DNA of 63,829 nt, the filler included, from Hausera hauseri (taxonomy: Eukaryota), in assembly GCA_046269625.1 (NCBI GenBank). It is 12 parts of 12 records of this genome, joined end to end, with 100 filler letters (N's around TTAATTAATTAA, not from the genome) between each part and the next. Parts side by side here need not be neighbours in the genome. Positions count along the whole stretch, not along the records: positions 23,091 to 29,892 come from JBJURY010063995.1; positions 29,993 to 34,072 come from JBJURY010774758.1; positions 34,173 to 38,216 come from JBJURY010797534.1; 9 more parts are not named here. The stretch is one strand, 5' to 3'. Below, piece by piece: positions 24,836-37,100 of this stretch. The notes beneath the pieces are model-generated. The model saw nothing but the letters and a program-made list of their open reading frames with translations, had not been told where the DNA came from and searched no databases. The position numbers were made by a program, and so were the translations under genes. Every line of letters begins with the position of its first letter. Within the stretch, counting starts at the first letter, position 1.

Positions 24836-27800
24836 CTAATTTTGCCTTATGTGGAGCTTTCCCTTGATAAAAACAACTCCAGCAAGCCATGGCTCCAATT
24901 TCGCCAACAGTGGCTAACATCGAACAACGTCACAGATTCTTTTGTGCGAGCCAATGGCCTTTTAATTCTTCTGCATGCCAACGTCAAGCAGCAGATTAAT
25001 AATATCTCCGAGCTCCTGCAATCCTCGACACCTTACGAAACACACCGTGAAGCTGTACTGCATGTCACGGATCCTTCTATTGACAATATAATACAAAAGT
25101 ATTTTAATGACCACGCAATAGAAAACTAAAAGTTATCCGACTTTCTCCAAACGGCCATTCTGCAGCTCAGCGCGCTAGACGTGACCCCTACGAATAACGC
25201 GGATTTAATTCGCCGTTATTTTTTATAGTCTTTTCCCACCTCAATTAGTGCCTTACTAACCGTTGTCGAAGAATCCACTGCTATCGAAAAACTGGCAATA
25301 ATTGCTGACAGATCCTTTGAGATTCTTCATACCAACAGTTCTCTCCCTGTTGAGACTGCAACCACATGTGCTCCAACTATAGACACAACATTTTTTACTC
25401 AACAATTGCAAATGATGCAGCAACAGTTTGACAAGATACAACAATCGATTTTGGCCATTACTACTCAACTAAATAATCTTAATGGGCCTCGACGAAGTGA
25501 AACCAGACCTTCAAGGAAGCGAAGCACTTCAAGGCACTCTGCTCGGTCGATTTCACCTGGCGGACGTATGACTTGTTTCTACCACACACGTTTTCGAAAG
25601 GAAGCAAGGAAATGTTTCTTCGGCTGTCGATTCTTTAGTGAGCGATACGCTGTAAATAACCCTATTTGTATATACCACAACAAAGATTAGTCACAGGCCA
25701 GATCATGTGTGCCTGGTTGTAGACATTACAACAAAAAATCTCCTAGCTTTTCTTCCTCTTCTTCCTTTCCTCCAAATCCTCCAAAAACTCATACTTTAGC
25801 CAGATTTTACGGCACCTTCTGGCGCAGGCAACATCGCTCAATCTTCTGGCAGTTTCAACACCGCCTCTGCAGTCTTTTTGTTGAAGGCTGCACTTTTATG
25901 CAGTGATACTTCACATATCGACTTTTTTATAGACTCAGGAGCTGCCTTTTCACTCTTTCCCTTGTCCTTCACCCCTACATCCACTATAATTTCCTGTCCC
26001 CCGCTTTTCACTGCCAGTGAACAACCGTTGCACGTTGCATGGACCACGGAATTGGCTTTCACTTTCGCCAACCTGCCAGATAAGTTTGTCTGGAAGTTCC
26101 ACGTGGCCAATATTAAATCTCCCATTATAGGCTCAGATTTTCTTCCCGCACATGATCTATTGGTAGATTGCAAACACAGCTGTCTTCTCAGCAGGTACTT
26201 GATTTCAACACCAAACATGTCTCTCATGGACAATCCAGCAAGCAATTCATTGAACTCATCTGTAAACATTTTGAGCGCTTCGTCGTCTTTTAAAAAAACT
26301 TCCAATAAAGTTGATATGCCTTGAATTACGAACGACAATCCTAAATCTTCTCTGAAACAAAAATTCGAATTAAGTGTCGACAGTAGCGACCCCAGTTGCC
26401 TTTTATCAATCGCTGCAATTATTCTTTCTAATGATATGCCTCAATCACTCTTATCTCTAGACTCCGATCTTAGATCATATATCACAACATCATGCTTTCG
26501 AATAGTTAAAAGAGACATCAACTACAAGCTCTCGTCCTCAACTTATCATCACAGTAACTGAGCATCAGAGGCCTATCAAACAGAAGGTCAGACCTTTGTC
26601 GCCACGCAGACGTAAAGCTGTGGAGCAGGAGTTTAATGAACTGGAAAGGTCTGGCATCGTTCAAAGATTGAATTCTCCATGGGCCTCTTCTCTTCATGTA
26701 GTTATAAAGAAAAATGGAACCTATAGGCCATGTGGCGACTATCGACAATTAAACAATCTAACTATTACAGATGCCTATCCACTACTACTCATTAAGGATA
26801 TTCTTCATAGCCTCAACAACACCAATACCTATTCTACTATTGATCTGCACAAGGTCTACCATCAAATCCCTGTTGCGCCTGATGACATCCCAAAAACTGC
26901 TGTCATCACACCACTTAGTCATTATGAATACATCTTCATGCCTTTCGGCCTTCGTAGTGCATCTCAGACCTTTCGGCGCCACATTGGCACTGTTCTTTCT
27001 GGTCTTTATTTTGCTCACCCATACATAGATGACATATTAGTCGCTTTCAGCTCCATCAAGCAACATCATGAGCACCTTAGAATTATTTTCTACAGATTGC
27101 ATCAAAGCAACGTGCAAATTAATTTCGCCAGATGCAAATTCTTGTAGAAACGCGTCAACTTCTTAGGCTACATAATTACTCCCAAAGGGCATTCGCCCCA
27201 GCCTGATCGCTTACAACAATTAAAAAATGTTACGTTGCCAACTACTACTACCGATATGAAGAGTTTTCTAGGGACATTGCCCTTCGTACACAAATACGTG
27301 CTACACTGCTCCGAACTAATGGTACCTTTCGCACACCCTTATCTGGGAAGAAAAGACAATTAATCTATTGGACTCTCGATATAGTAAACCAATTTGATCG
27401 CCTTCGTGAAGGTCTAAAAACCGTTGAAATCTTAGCTTTCCCAAAACCAAACGCAGAACTGATATTGTCTACTGATGCCTCAACCACAGCAACTGGTGCG
27501 ATATTACATCATATATACAATGGCGTCGATGAACCATTAGAAATCTATTCCAGAAAGCTCACGCAACCAGAAAGCCGATATTCAACATTCGATCGTGAAC
27601 TCTTGGCTGTAGTTCTAGCAGTAAAGCATTTCGTGCACTTGCTTCTGTCACGTCAATTCACCATCCAAACCGACCATAAGCCCCTACTTCGTATAATGAC
27701 GTTAAAACAGCCATCATCCAAACAAGAACGACAGATATCATACCTGTTGACATTTAGTTTTTCCATGAAATACATTTCAGGCACCAAAAATTTAGTAGAA

Positions 27801-29572
27801 GACTTTGTTTCGTGGTCGGTTAACTCAATTACAGTTCAGCCAATTTTCTCCTGTGAGGTGCTAAAACGCAATCAGCCATCAACGGATATTCTTCAAGCTT
27901 TTAAATCTGTTGAAATAACTGCCGATATCACCTATGACACTTCCAACTCGACCAACAAGAAAATTAATCTTGCTGCATAATTTCAAAAGACAGCTTTCAC
28001 TCATTTTCATTCTCTTCATCATCCGGGTTCAAAAGCTACATTTCGTCTACTGCAACGCCACGTTATATGGACAACTATGCGTACCGATGTACAGAACTGG
28101 GTCAAGGGATGTGTAGCATGTCAGTAATATAAAATCCACAATCCATCAAACCACCACTTTACCACTACCCTTGCACTTCTCATTTTGAATCCGTGCATTT
28201 GGATCTTGTGGGTCCTCTACCTTCCGACAATGGTTATCAATATATTTTATTCATGATGGATTGTGCTTCCTGCTGGCCTAAAGCCGTTCCGCTTCGATCA
28301 ACCAACACCGACTCAGTAGCAGATGCATTTATCAAGACATGGGTCAGCCGTTTTGGCTCACCACGTTACATCATAACGAACCAGGGTCCGCAATTTGAAA
28401 CTGATCTCTTTAAATCTCTGGTAAAACATTTGGGGATAGCCCATTTCAGTACAACGCCGTACCATCCACAAGCGAATGGTCTTCTTGACAGATTTCACGG
28501 TACCATGAAGATCTCCTTAAAAATCTTGGCAAACAACAATCATAATTGGACCTTAGTTCTTCCTCTTTTCCTACTCGGTTGGCGCAACACGCCATCCACC
28601 ACCACAGGTTGTGCAGCAGTTGATGCTTTTTTGGGACACCAGCTCGTGCACTATTTGAACTCTCCAATCTCGATGTAAGTCCGTCAGATGAAGTTATTCG
28701 TGCGATACAGTCCCACTTTGCTGATGTCAAATCACATGACTTCTGCCGTCTTATAAACAAAGACAAATCTTACATCCCAGAAGACTTATACTCAGCCAAG
28801 TTTGTATGACTGAAAGATATATTACCTTCTGGTTTTCGGCCCCAATACGTTGGCCCTTACAAATTACTGAACTTTTCTTCGCACACCGCTACTATTCTAC
28901 GCAAGGAAAAACCTCAAAACGTACACATTTCTAATCTTAAGCCAGCCTTCTTCGTTGACAATGACCAGGATAATAGCATTGTCTCAAATCCCAACTTTAA
29001 CTTCTCTACCCTCGAGCTATCATCTAATTTCCTTGATGATTTTAATCCTTCGCAGCATTCAGTCTCGCGTAACAATCAGTTCTCTTCACTTCCGTCATCA
29101 TCCATTGCTCCTTCAACATAGGCCTCTCCGTCATCGTTTGCACATCCACTACTTATTTCACCTTCATCGCACGATTCGTTGCCATCTACAGTCTCGCCTT
29201 CTGCGCGTGATCCTTTTACCTTTTCAATTTTTTCTCTACTCTTTCTTCTTCATGAATCATCCTTTAAAAACACCACAAAATCTACAGTATCTCTCCCTCA
29301 AACAACTCTACAAGCACCAGTAACATCTAACAGATCACGTCATGTGAGGTTTAATACTTACAGCAGGGAGAAGTTCATAGACGGAGTCCAACGTCTAACA
29401 CGTATCAAAACCAAATAGTTACAAGCTCTATTTTTCTTACTATAATTTCCATTTATTTTTCTCTTAATAGTCCTCATCTTGCCACTGCGGGGGGTGATGT
29501 AGTGCTTAAATCGTGGTCGCACTGGAGGGATTAGCGGACCGGTGAGAGGACTTTCCCCATCATGTGACTACA
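24836..29572 (+). mobile_element. Ty3/Gypsy copy 4, subfamily C: 5'-truncated gag, pol, PPT and LTR-like segment
   Basis: Gag homology begins at LPYVELSLDKNNSSKPWLQF; two CHCC motifs; FFIDSGA; YIDD; HLDLVG; GGGGGGTGA and TGTAGT at 29498. Confidence 0.95.
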
Positions 29573-29992
29573 CTTTTAAAAATTTTACGTGTAGATGTAA
29601 CTCTAGCAATTCTGTATACTTGTATTATAGTCTTTTCCAGTTTTTGTTTCTTTAGCGTTTTTGTTTATGTGAGTGAGTTGAATCAAATGATTATTTAGAC
29701 TTGCAGTGAGACAACACGATCAAGTGATTCCAATACTTCTTGCAATGTGTTCTGCCAATGAATATGCTCGAGAGAGGAAATCAGTGGCTTTAAATCTATC
29801 AGTTATTTGGCTGTTACATGTCATTTCGCACGTCTACAATGTTCCTTCTAACAGACAGTTCAGTTCGTCTCAAATCTAAATCTACGTCACTTNNNNNNNN
29901 NNNNNNNNNNNNNNNNNNNNNNNNNNNNNNNNNNNNTTAATTAATTAANNNNNNNNNNNNNNNNNNNNNNNNNNNNNNNNNNNNNNNNNNNN

Positions 29993-30237
29993 CGTGAGCC
30001 TTTAATTGGGCCGTTTCAATAATTTCGTCCAACGTTTTCATAGCCTTAAATTTATGAAATAACTGTATGTATTCTGGATGTTCTTCAAACAATCTAAGCA
30101 AACATATACACAAGATTTTTACATTTTTTAAACCTTCTAAATACTTCTTGACCCAATCGAATTTTTTCTTCTTTAGTTTTCGTCAATGAAGACCATTCTT
30201 GCCAAAGACATTTTTTATGAAATTCAGTCAAGCTCAT
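29993..30237 (-). CDS. Globin gene, 5' part: exon 1 30237-30134, 40-nt intron 30133-30094, exon 2 from 30093 to the contig end; not in the ORF track
   Basis: Spliced translation MSLTEFHKKCLWQEWSSLTKTKEEKIRLGQEVFRRLFEEHPEYIQLFHKFKAMKTLDEIIETAQLKAH shows Pro C2, Phe CD1, His E7 and a GT-AG intron at the conserved B12.2 position. Confidence 0.92.
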
Positions 30238-30277
30238 TTTAAGTCATATAATGAATCATAATTTCAATGGCTAGTAT

Positions 30278-30374
30278 CATATATAGCCTTTGGATCTTGA
30301 ATTTGAACCAATTGTATGCAGTGTTATAAGGTTAATCTAACCAATGATTACATGTTATTGATTTATTAACCAAT
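30278..30374 (-). promoter_or_regulatory. Globin promoter: TATA-like box and three CCAAT boxes
   Basis: TATATA about 45 nt upstream of the ATG; CCAAT at 30308, 30341 and 30370 (about 30-nt spacing). Confidence 0.55.
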
Positions 30375-30499
30375 GAAATAATAATATTAAAAATTATTAA
30401 GAAATCTATTTTCATTTCTAAAGTATGCAATAGCTCTACATCAATGACAATATTACTTATTATAATGTTAAATTTTGTATTATATGCCACATGTTAAAT

Positions 30500-33057
30500 T
30501 CTATTTGAACAGATTGAAGGCCAGACAAAATTATATTTCTTATATTGCCTCTTTAACTGTATCCGGACATTGGTGTCTACTGGAACAGTTAATCGTTTGC
30601 TTCCTAATTTTGAACCGAAGATTGGAGCCAAATATTTTCCAATATTTTGATTCTCTCATACGTAGACATTTCCACTCACTATCCTCCTTGGAACCATAGA
30701 GACAAAATTGTCTTCTTTACTTGATTCTTGCTTTAGTATTCTGCCATGACAAGATTTTTGGGTGACTCCATGACCGATTCAACTTCTTCGTTCCTTTTAA
30801 TAGTTGCTGGTGTTTTTATTTTCCAGAAGACATTTACTTCGGTCATCTGCTGTGCTTTGGGATCTATTTCTTTTTCCGTTCTTTTTCTTCTAATCAATTC
30901 TCAAACGGAATTTTTTGTCCTTTTGTTTTCCTCCATTGATTCCGTGGGTCTTTCTGTTTTTTGTTTCTTAGGGTATGTGCAAGAGTCTGTTGTATATCGT
31001 TTCCTCTCCGGGACTGTTTTGTTTTGCGTTCATCTGAGGATGTGAACTGATAGAAGATTGAGGGTTGGATTCAATTGTTATCTGGAGATTGTTGCCCCCT
31101 TTGGTACTTATCCATCGCACGGAGTAATATACACGAAATACTTTCCTGTGTTTTTGAATTATTTTGTCCAGTTTTCCAGGGTATTTGAGATTTCGTACAA
31201 CGTTTTTTGGATGACCACTCGTGGTCCCAAAGCAATGACACATAGATATCTCGTAGATACTGTGTGCGTTGACTCGCGGATATCAATTTCTGCAATTTTA
31301 ATATTTCTCGCTCATAGCTATCACAAGGTCCTTCAGTAGCGGGCAAATAGTTGCCTTTTTGAGATAGGGTTTGTTCCATCTGGAATTCGAGTGTGGGGTG
31401 TCTACTAAATTCTCGGATTCCTGCCACATTGTATTGCCCCATTCCAATTTTGTCAAAAATCTTTTCACTTCGTAACTGGCTATGACATTGCGATGTAAAC
31501 AGTGATTAACCTCTCCTTTAATTTGATTAAAATCTTCATCTTTTACCAGAAATTGTATTTTATTTTTATCCGGGGCGCAATCACTTTGTCGATTATTTCT
31601 GTACCGTTTGTTTCTCTAATTGAAATTTCGATGGGTATATCCCGCTCACTCTCATCTTAGCCATAACTTTCCACGATTATTCGGGTATTTCTTCCGACTT
31701 GCACTAGTAGGTCATTTCTATCATTATTTCAGTGGGAACGTCGTCAATTCGAAATTTCAGAACATAATTGATCAGGCTGGAACTGCACATGATGTATGTA
31801 CTATACTCCCAGTGTTGCCCTTTGTTTGTATTCCAAGGTTGGCCGGTTATTCTTTAATGAATTTCCCCTTCAGCCAAGGGGATACAAATATGGTGATGAA
31901 ATCCCACTTCATATGGAACTAAGGCCTTTAATGCATATGCACGGGCATCAGAGTCTTTTCTCATGGAACATATTCGTATGATTCTGTTTTCTTCTGTGCC
32001 CCACTTGAGAATGTTGGGAATTTTACTTTATTTATCTCGATGTAGGTTTCATTTCTTAATTCTTCTGCGATTTTTTGGTAGAAATCTTTTGAAAGTGGAG
32101 TTAACACTACGACGGACTGTTGGAGGAAATCGTCTGTATCATACTGGGGATTCTGAGTTACCGTTTCCGCTATCTTGGAGATACTTACGTTTCTGAAAAA
32201 AAAAGTTAAGCCTAAAAGCAATGATTGTTTTAACATAAACGTTCGTTCTGTTTGGTGATAGGATAACCTGATTTGTAGTTGTCAGGTTATTCTATCATAA
32301 GTGTCCTCTTAGAACTTCCTATTATTTATTCTCCTTTTTCTATTTTTACCGCGCTTAGTATATTTCTGGAAACTATGAAAATAGTCGCAATTAGTATTAT
32401 GAGAACGAACATGGATAAACTCACAGTCAGTAACATTTGATACAGTTGTCAATTTTTGGGTTTTTCCGCAGTAATTATAGTTTCGGTATGGATTTGGTTC
32501 TGTAGGCCGACCACGCAATAGTCTGATGGTGGAGTTGACTTCTCTATTTTCATCAGGCGAATGGAGATTCGTATGTCACTAGGCAAAGTCTTCTTGGTTT
32601 TAATTAGGATACATTCGTCTTCCTCGTTTTCCGAGATTCCGATGATGTTGTCATCTAAAAGTTGTTTTTGTGGATTATTGGTCAATTTGTGTTCCATTTA
32701 TTCGACTCTGAACTAGTATAATTAAACGGAATCGTGGGTCAAACTAGGATTGAATTCCATTTACATTTCGATTGTACATGCTAAATATGTATATATAGGA
32801 AAAGCCTTAATTTACTTTGCAACAATGAATTCCACTTTTCTGAATTCCATGTAGGAAATAGCAATTTACTATTACCTTGTAAATTTCATCCAACTGCAAT
32901 ATCTGAAAATGTGCGGATTTTCTGATAGATTTGTCTGTTCCGAACTAAACACATTGCACTTTCTGATCTATACCATAGGCTTTAATGGACTGTAAACTTT
33001 CTATATCTTTTTGCTTCGCGGTTTGTTTTACCTTTTGGGCTAACATTTGTTGCATTT
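30500..33057 (-). pseudogene. ~2.5-kb degenerate intronless ORF of unknown identity (possibly non-LTR ORF1-like)
   Basis: A chain of minus-strand ORF pieces with coding-like composition (32449-32697, 31961-32236, 31071-31442, 30968-31243), broken by stops and frameshifts. Confidence 0.4.
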
Positions 33058-34172
33058 CATTTTAGTTCCTTAGGCCTGACAAAATAATTTGTCCTCTTCT
33101 TGCCCCCTTTCAGTTTTATTTAAAGAGACACTTCAGAAGTTGTTTGAGCACAGATGGAATTGTCTGATCTGGGAAGTTTAAACATTTAACTTTCTTGTGT
33201 ACCTGCAGACATGACACCTGTGGACCATTATGACTCACCTGAACATGGGACAGGATTTGATAAAGAACATGAAGAAGATGCCGAGCTGGAGGTAAAATAA
33301 TGTTTCTTTTCTTGACATTGCTGTCTTACATTCTTTTTCAAACATTTAACAGTTTACAGCGCTTGTAAATTTACCTCAACTGGAGTTTCCCTATGATTCA
33401 TTGGTTTTAACAACCTTTTAAATTGTGGAGCTCTCTAGTAAATTTATTTCTGTTGGAATTTACAAATTGATAATTTTTTTTGAAACATTATTTCAGAACG
33501 TGTAAAATTGATGACTTCATTTGAATTAGAGCTTGATACTTGATTTTTTTTTTTTAAACACTTGGTAATGTCTCTGTTTCCCTTGTCATTTTCATAAAAA
33601 ATGTTATCTTTTTTAAAATGTAAACAGATTTTACTGTTACATCCAACAAGTTAATCAGATTTACAATATACACACTGAGAACCAAGAGTTATTGGCTTCA
33701 AAAAAATATTTACTGAAAATAAATCAATGACATGTTTTATGACTGTTTAAAAACAAAAGTAAAACTAAGAAACTGGTTTCTAGAATTTTACAAATGAAAC
33801 CACAAAAACTTAGATGATTTGAGACACATGAATATGACATTAGTATTACATTTACAGACGGAAGATCAATTTGTTCGATGACTCCAAAGGCAGGTGGTGG
33901 AATGGCCTAGCATAGGGCTAAGGGCACACCAGGGATAAAGTTGGTAAGCGGCCAGAGACTTTCAGAAAGAAATGGCAAACTACTGGTCGTACGAGTAGTC
34001 ATACTCATGCCAAGAAACTCATAACAGTAAAAAACCATAAAATACAAATATCTGATAGTGAGACCCACAGACNNNNNNNNNNNNNNNNNNNNNNNNNNNN
34101 NNNNNNNNNNNNNNNNTTAATTAATTAANNNNNNNNNNNNNNNNNNNNNNNNNNNNNNNNNNNNNNNNNNNN

Positions 34173-37100
34173 CTGCAAACTGCCATGAACAGCCAGAGGG
34201 AAACTCGGCCACCCTGCATTTTCGGGCCCTCCCCGCCGGGGCGGAAGTCCCAACCGTCAACCCTGCCCCGGTCGGTCGGACGGAGCCTTTCGCGTTGACC
34301 CCACACCACACCCCCAGGCTCATTACTCCCCACTCTATTTCCCTTTTTATAAATAACACACATTTATACAATCACTACATCACATCTACACATTCCAACC
34401 CTTCGTACCTTCATTTCTCTTCTACTCAGTTCTTCCGATTTTTACCTCACCCATAACGGCGCTATCATACCTCTCACCGGAACCCTATTATTTTTCTGAA
34501 GCCGCACTTAACGCCACATACATCTCCGTATCCGTGGTGGCATGAACTTTTCGCCAACCATTAACACCACGGATAAACCCACCACAAAACCAATACCCGT
34601 TATATTACTTCAAAAACCCACTTCTAACTCTGCCAGCAACTTCACAGTCATTACATCTTCAGCTCCTTTCCCTAACTGCACCGAGATTTTTATTGACAAC
34701 CAAGGCTCCAACAAAACCTGGTTGAAATTCCATCAGCTGTGGCTAAAGGCAAATAATATCACTGACTCCCTAACAAAGGCACATAATCTTTTCTTTCTCC
34801 CTAATAATATCAAAACCCGAATTCGCAACATCATCAAAATCTTTGAACTCCCTGACCCATATTTCCAACTTTCCAACGCAGTCCTTAAGATTAAACAACT
34901 TTCCATGGACACGATCATACAACGTTTCTTCCACGACAACGTTATAGGTATCCAACGGCCATCAGAATTCTTACGTATCTCCCTAGCACATCTACATACC
35001 CTCGACGTCACTAAAGAGCACAACCCAGAACTACTACGCCACTATTTCCTCAATGCGTTACCTATCCAAATCCGGGCCCTACTTACCGTGGTGGAGGACT
35101 CCACGCCGCTTGAGAAATTAGCCGAATTAGACGATAGGACACATGACGTTTTACACATAAACTCTCCACCAGTTGTTTCAGCAGCAGTTGCCACTAACAA
35201 TATTCAAACAAATAACACGTCTATAGAACAACAGTTTAATCATCTACGTGCTGAAAATATTGCATTGCATGCAACAATCAACAATATCAATAATAAATTA
35301 AACGAATTGTCTCTGTCACGCCGAGGGGGCTTTGTCACTGACCGCGCTCGTTCTGCGTCTGGAAACCGCTCACCATCGCCTGCGCGGTTTTCAATCTGCT
35401 ATTACCACAGCAGATTCAACACTAATGCCCAGAAGTGCTGCTTAGGGTGCAAATTTTACAACAAGGAATTTTCCTCGGACACTGTTGTTTGCATCTACCA
35501 TGCAAGGTTCAAAAACCAAACTCATAAATGTATTCCAGACTGCACTTTGAAATCAAACACGAATGACGGACGTACTGTCTTTCCTTCTAATAGTCGTCCT
35601 AGTTCGCCCTTTCAAAAAAACTAAGTTGGCCGCCAGCAGTCACGGAAAACTCTGGGAATGGCACAACTTCACATTCTGAACGCCGACACGTCTTTTTTGC
35701 TGTCTTTACTCTAAAGGCTGCAATCACTGCTCCTACAACGCAATCTGTTGACTTCCTCATCGATACAGGTGCGGCGATTTCTTTATTACCACAAACCTTT
35801 CCTGTACAAAATTCCCCATTCAAAATCAAACACTTATACACTGCTTCAGGCCAACCGCTGAACATTTCAGGCATGGCTAAATTATCTTTCACTTTACCAA
35901 ATTTTCCTACACCTTTCCATTGGACGTTCACAGTCGCTAATGTCCAGACGGCAATTCTAGGATCCGACTTTCTCTCACACTATAATTTACTGGTTGACTG
36001 CAGTCAGCGATGTTTGAAGAACAGTACCACTGGCAACGTTTCTGGACATGTCAATAGCATTTCGACTACCGCGCAGTCGACCGGAATGCGGAGGTCTATC
36101 TTAAAAAGTCAATAAATAAATCCAATTTCCATAATAATAATTCTATTTCTAAATTTTTAAATAGTAATATTGATATGCGATCGAGGTTCGATGTCGATAA
36201 TTTAGGTACTGCCACCAACGTTAATTCATTTGACAAAAATACTTCATCCAACATCATTTTCAATTCGACCATCTTACATCAAATACCACTTGACTGAACA
36301 TCACCTAACAACTCACAAATTGCATCCGCAACTACTTAACCCGTTTTACCACTTCCACCAAATCTTTTACAGTTACCTACAACTTTACAGCAATTCGTCA
36401 ATACATCATGCCCACGCGTACTTAAAAAAGACCGTACTTTTACTCCCGCAAACAGTACTTTACACCACAGTTATACAACATCAACGTCCAATACGCCAAA
36501 AGGTACGGCCCCTGTCATCTCGTAGTAGACAGGCCGTAGACGCCGACAACGTTCCGGCATAGTGCGCCGTTCCAAATCGTCTTGGTTATCACCGTTACAC
36601 GTAGTACAAAAAAGGACGGTACTTTTAGACCATGCGGTGACTACCGACAGCTGAACAACTTAACTAGCATGGATGCGTACCCTTTACTATTCATCAAGGA
36701 TATTTTGCATCGCCTTAATTCAACCACCATCTATTCGACCATTGATTTAGCTAAAGCATACCATCAAATATAGGTAGCACCCGAAGACATAAAAAAACTT
36801 CAGTAACTATACCTTTTGGCCTCTATGAATACCTGTTTATGCCATTCGGTTTACGGAATGCCGCACAAACTTTTCAGCGGCACATTGATTCAATTCTTGC
36901 AGACTTCCCGTTTGCACACCCGTATATCCATGATATTCTAGTCGATCCATCTTCGGCCAAACAACACGAGGAACACCTTCGCGCAATATTCCAACGTCTT
37001 AACCACCATAATCTTCAAGCCAGTTTCGACAAATTCTATTTTTTCAAAAATCGCATTAACTTTTTAGGCCACGTTATTACACCAGACGGTCATTCTCCCC

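Noticed and set aside
29498-29572. Complete 75-bp LTR defined by TGTAGT...ACTACA terminal inverted repeats
   Set aside because: The 5' counterpart (24444-24512) lacks ACTACA, and no target-site duplication or resumed Chapaev sequence follows 29572. I cannot call it the true end; it remains possible but unsupported.
33209-33941. Possible plus-strand exons (33209-33291 and about 33858-33941) with good splice signals
   Set aside because: Joining them gives in-frame stops and no recognisable product, so this is too weak to annotate.
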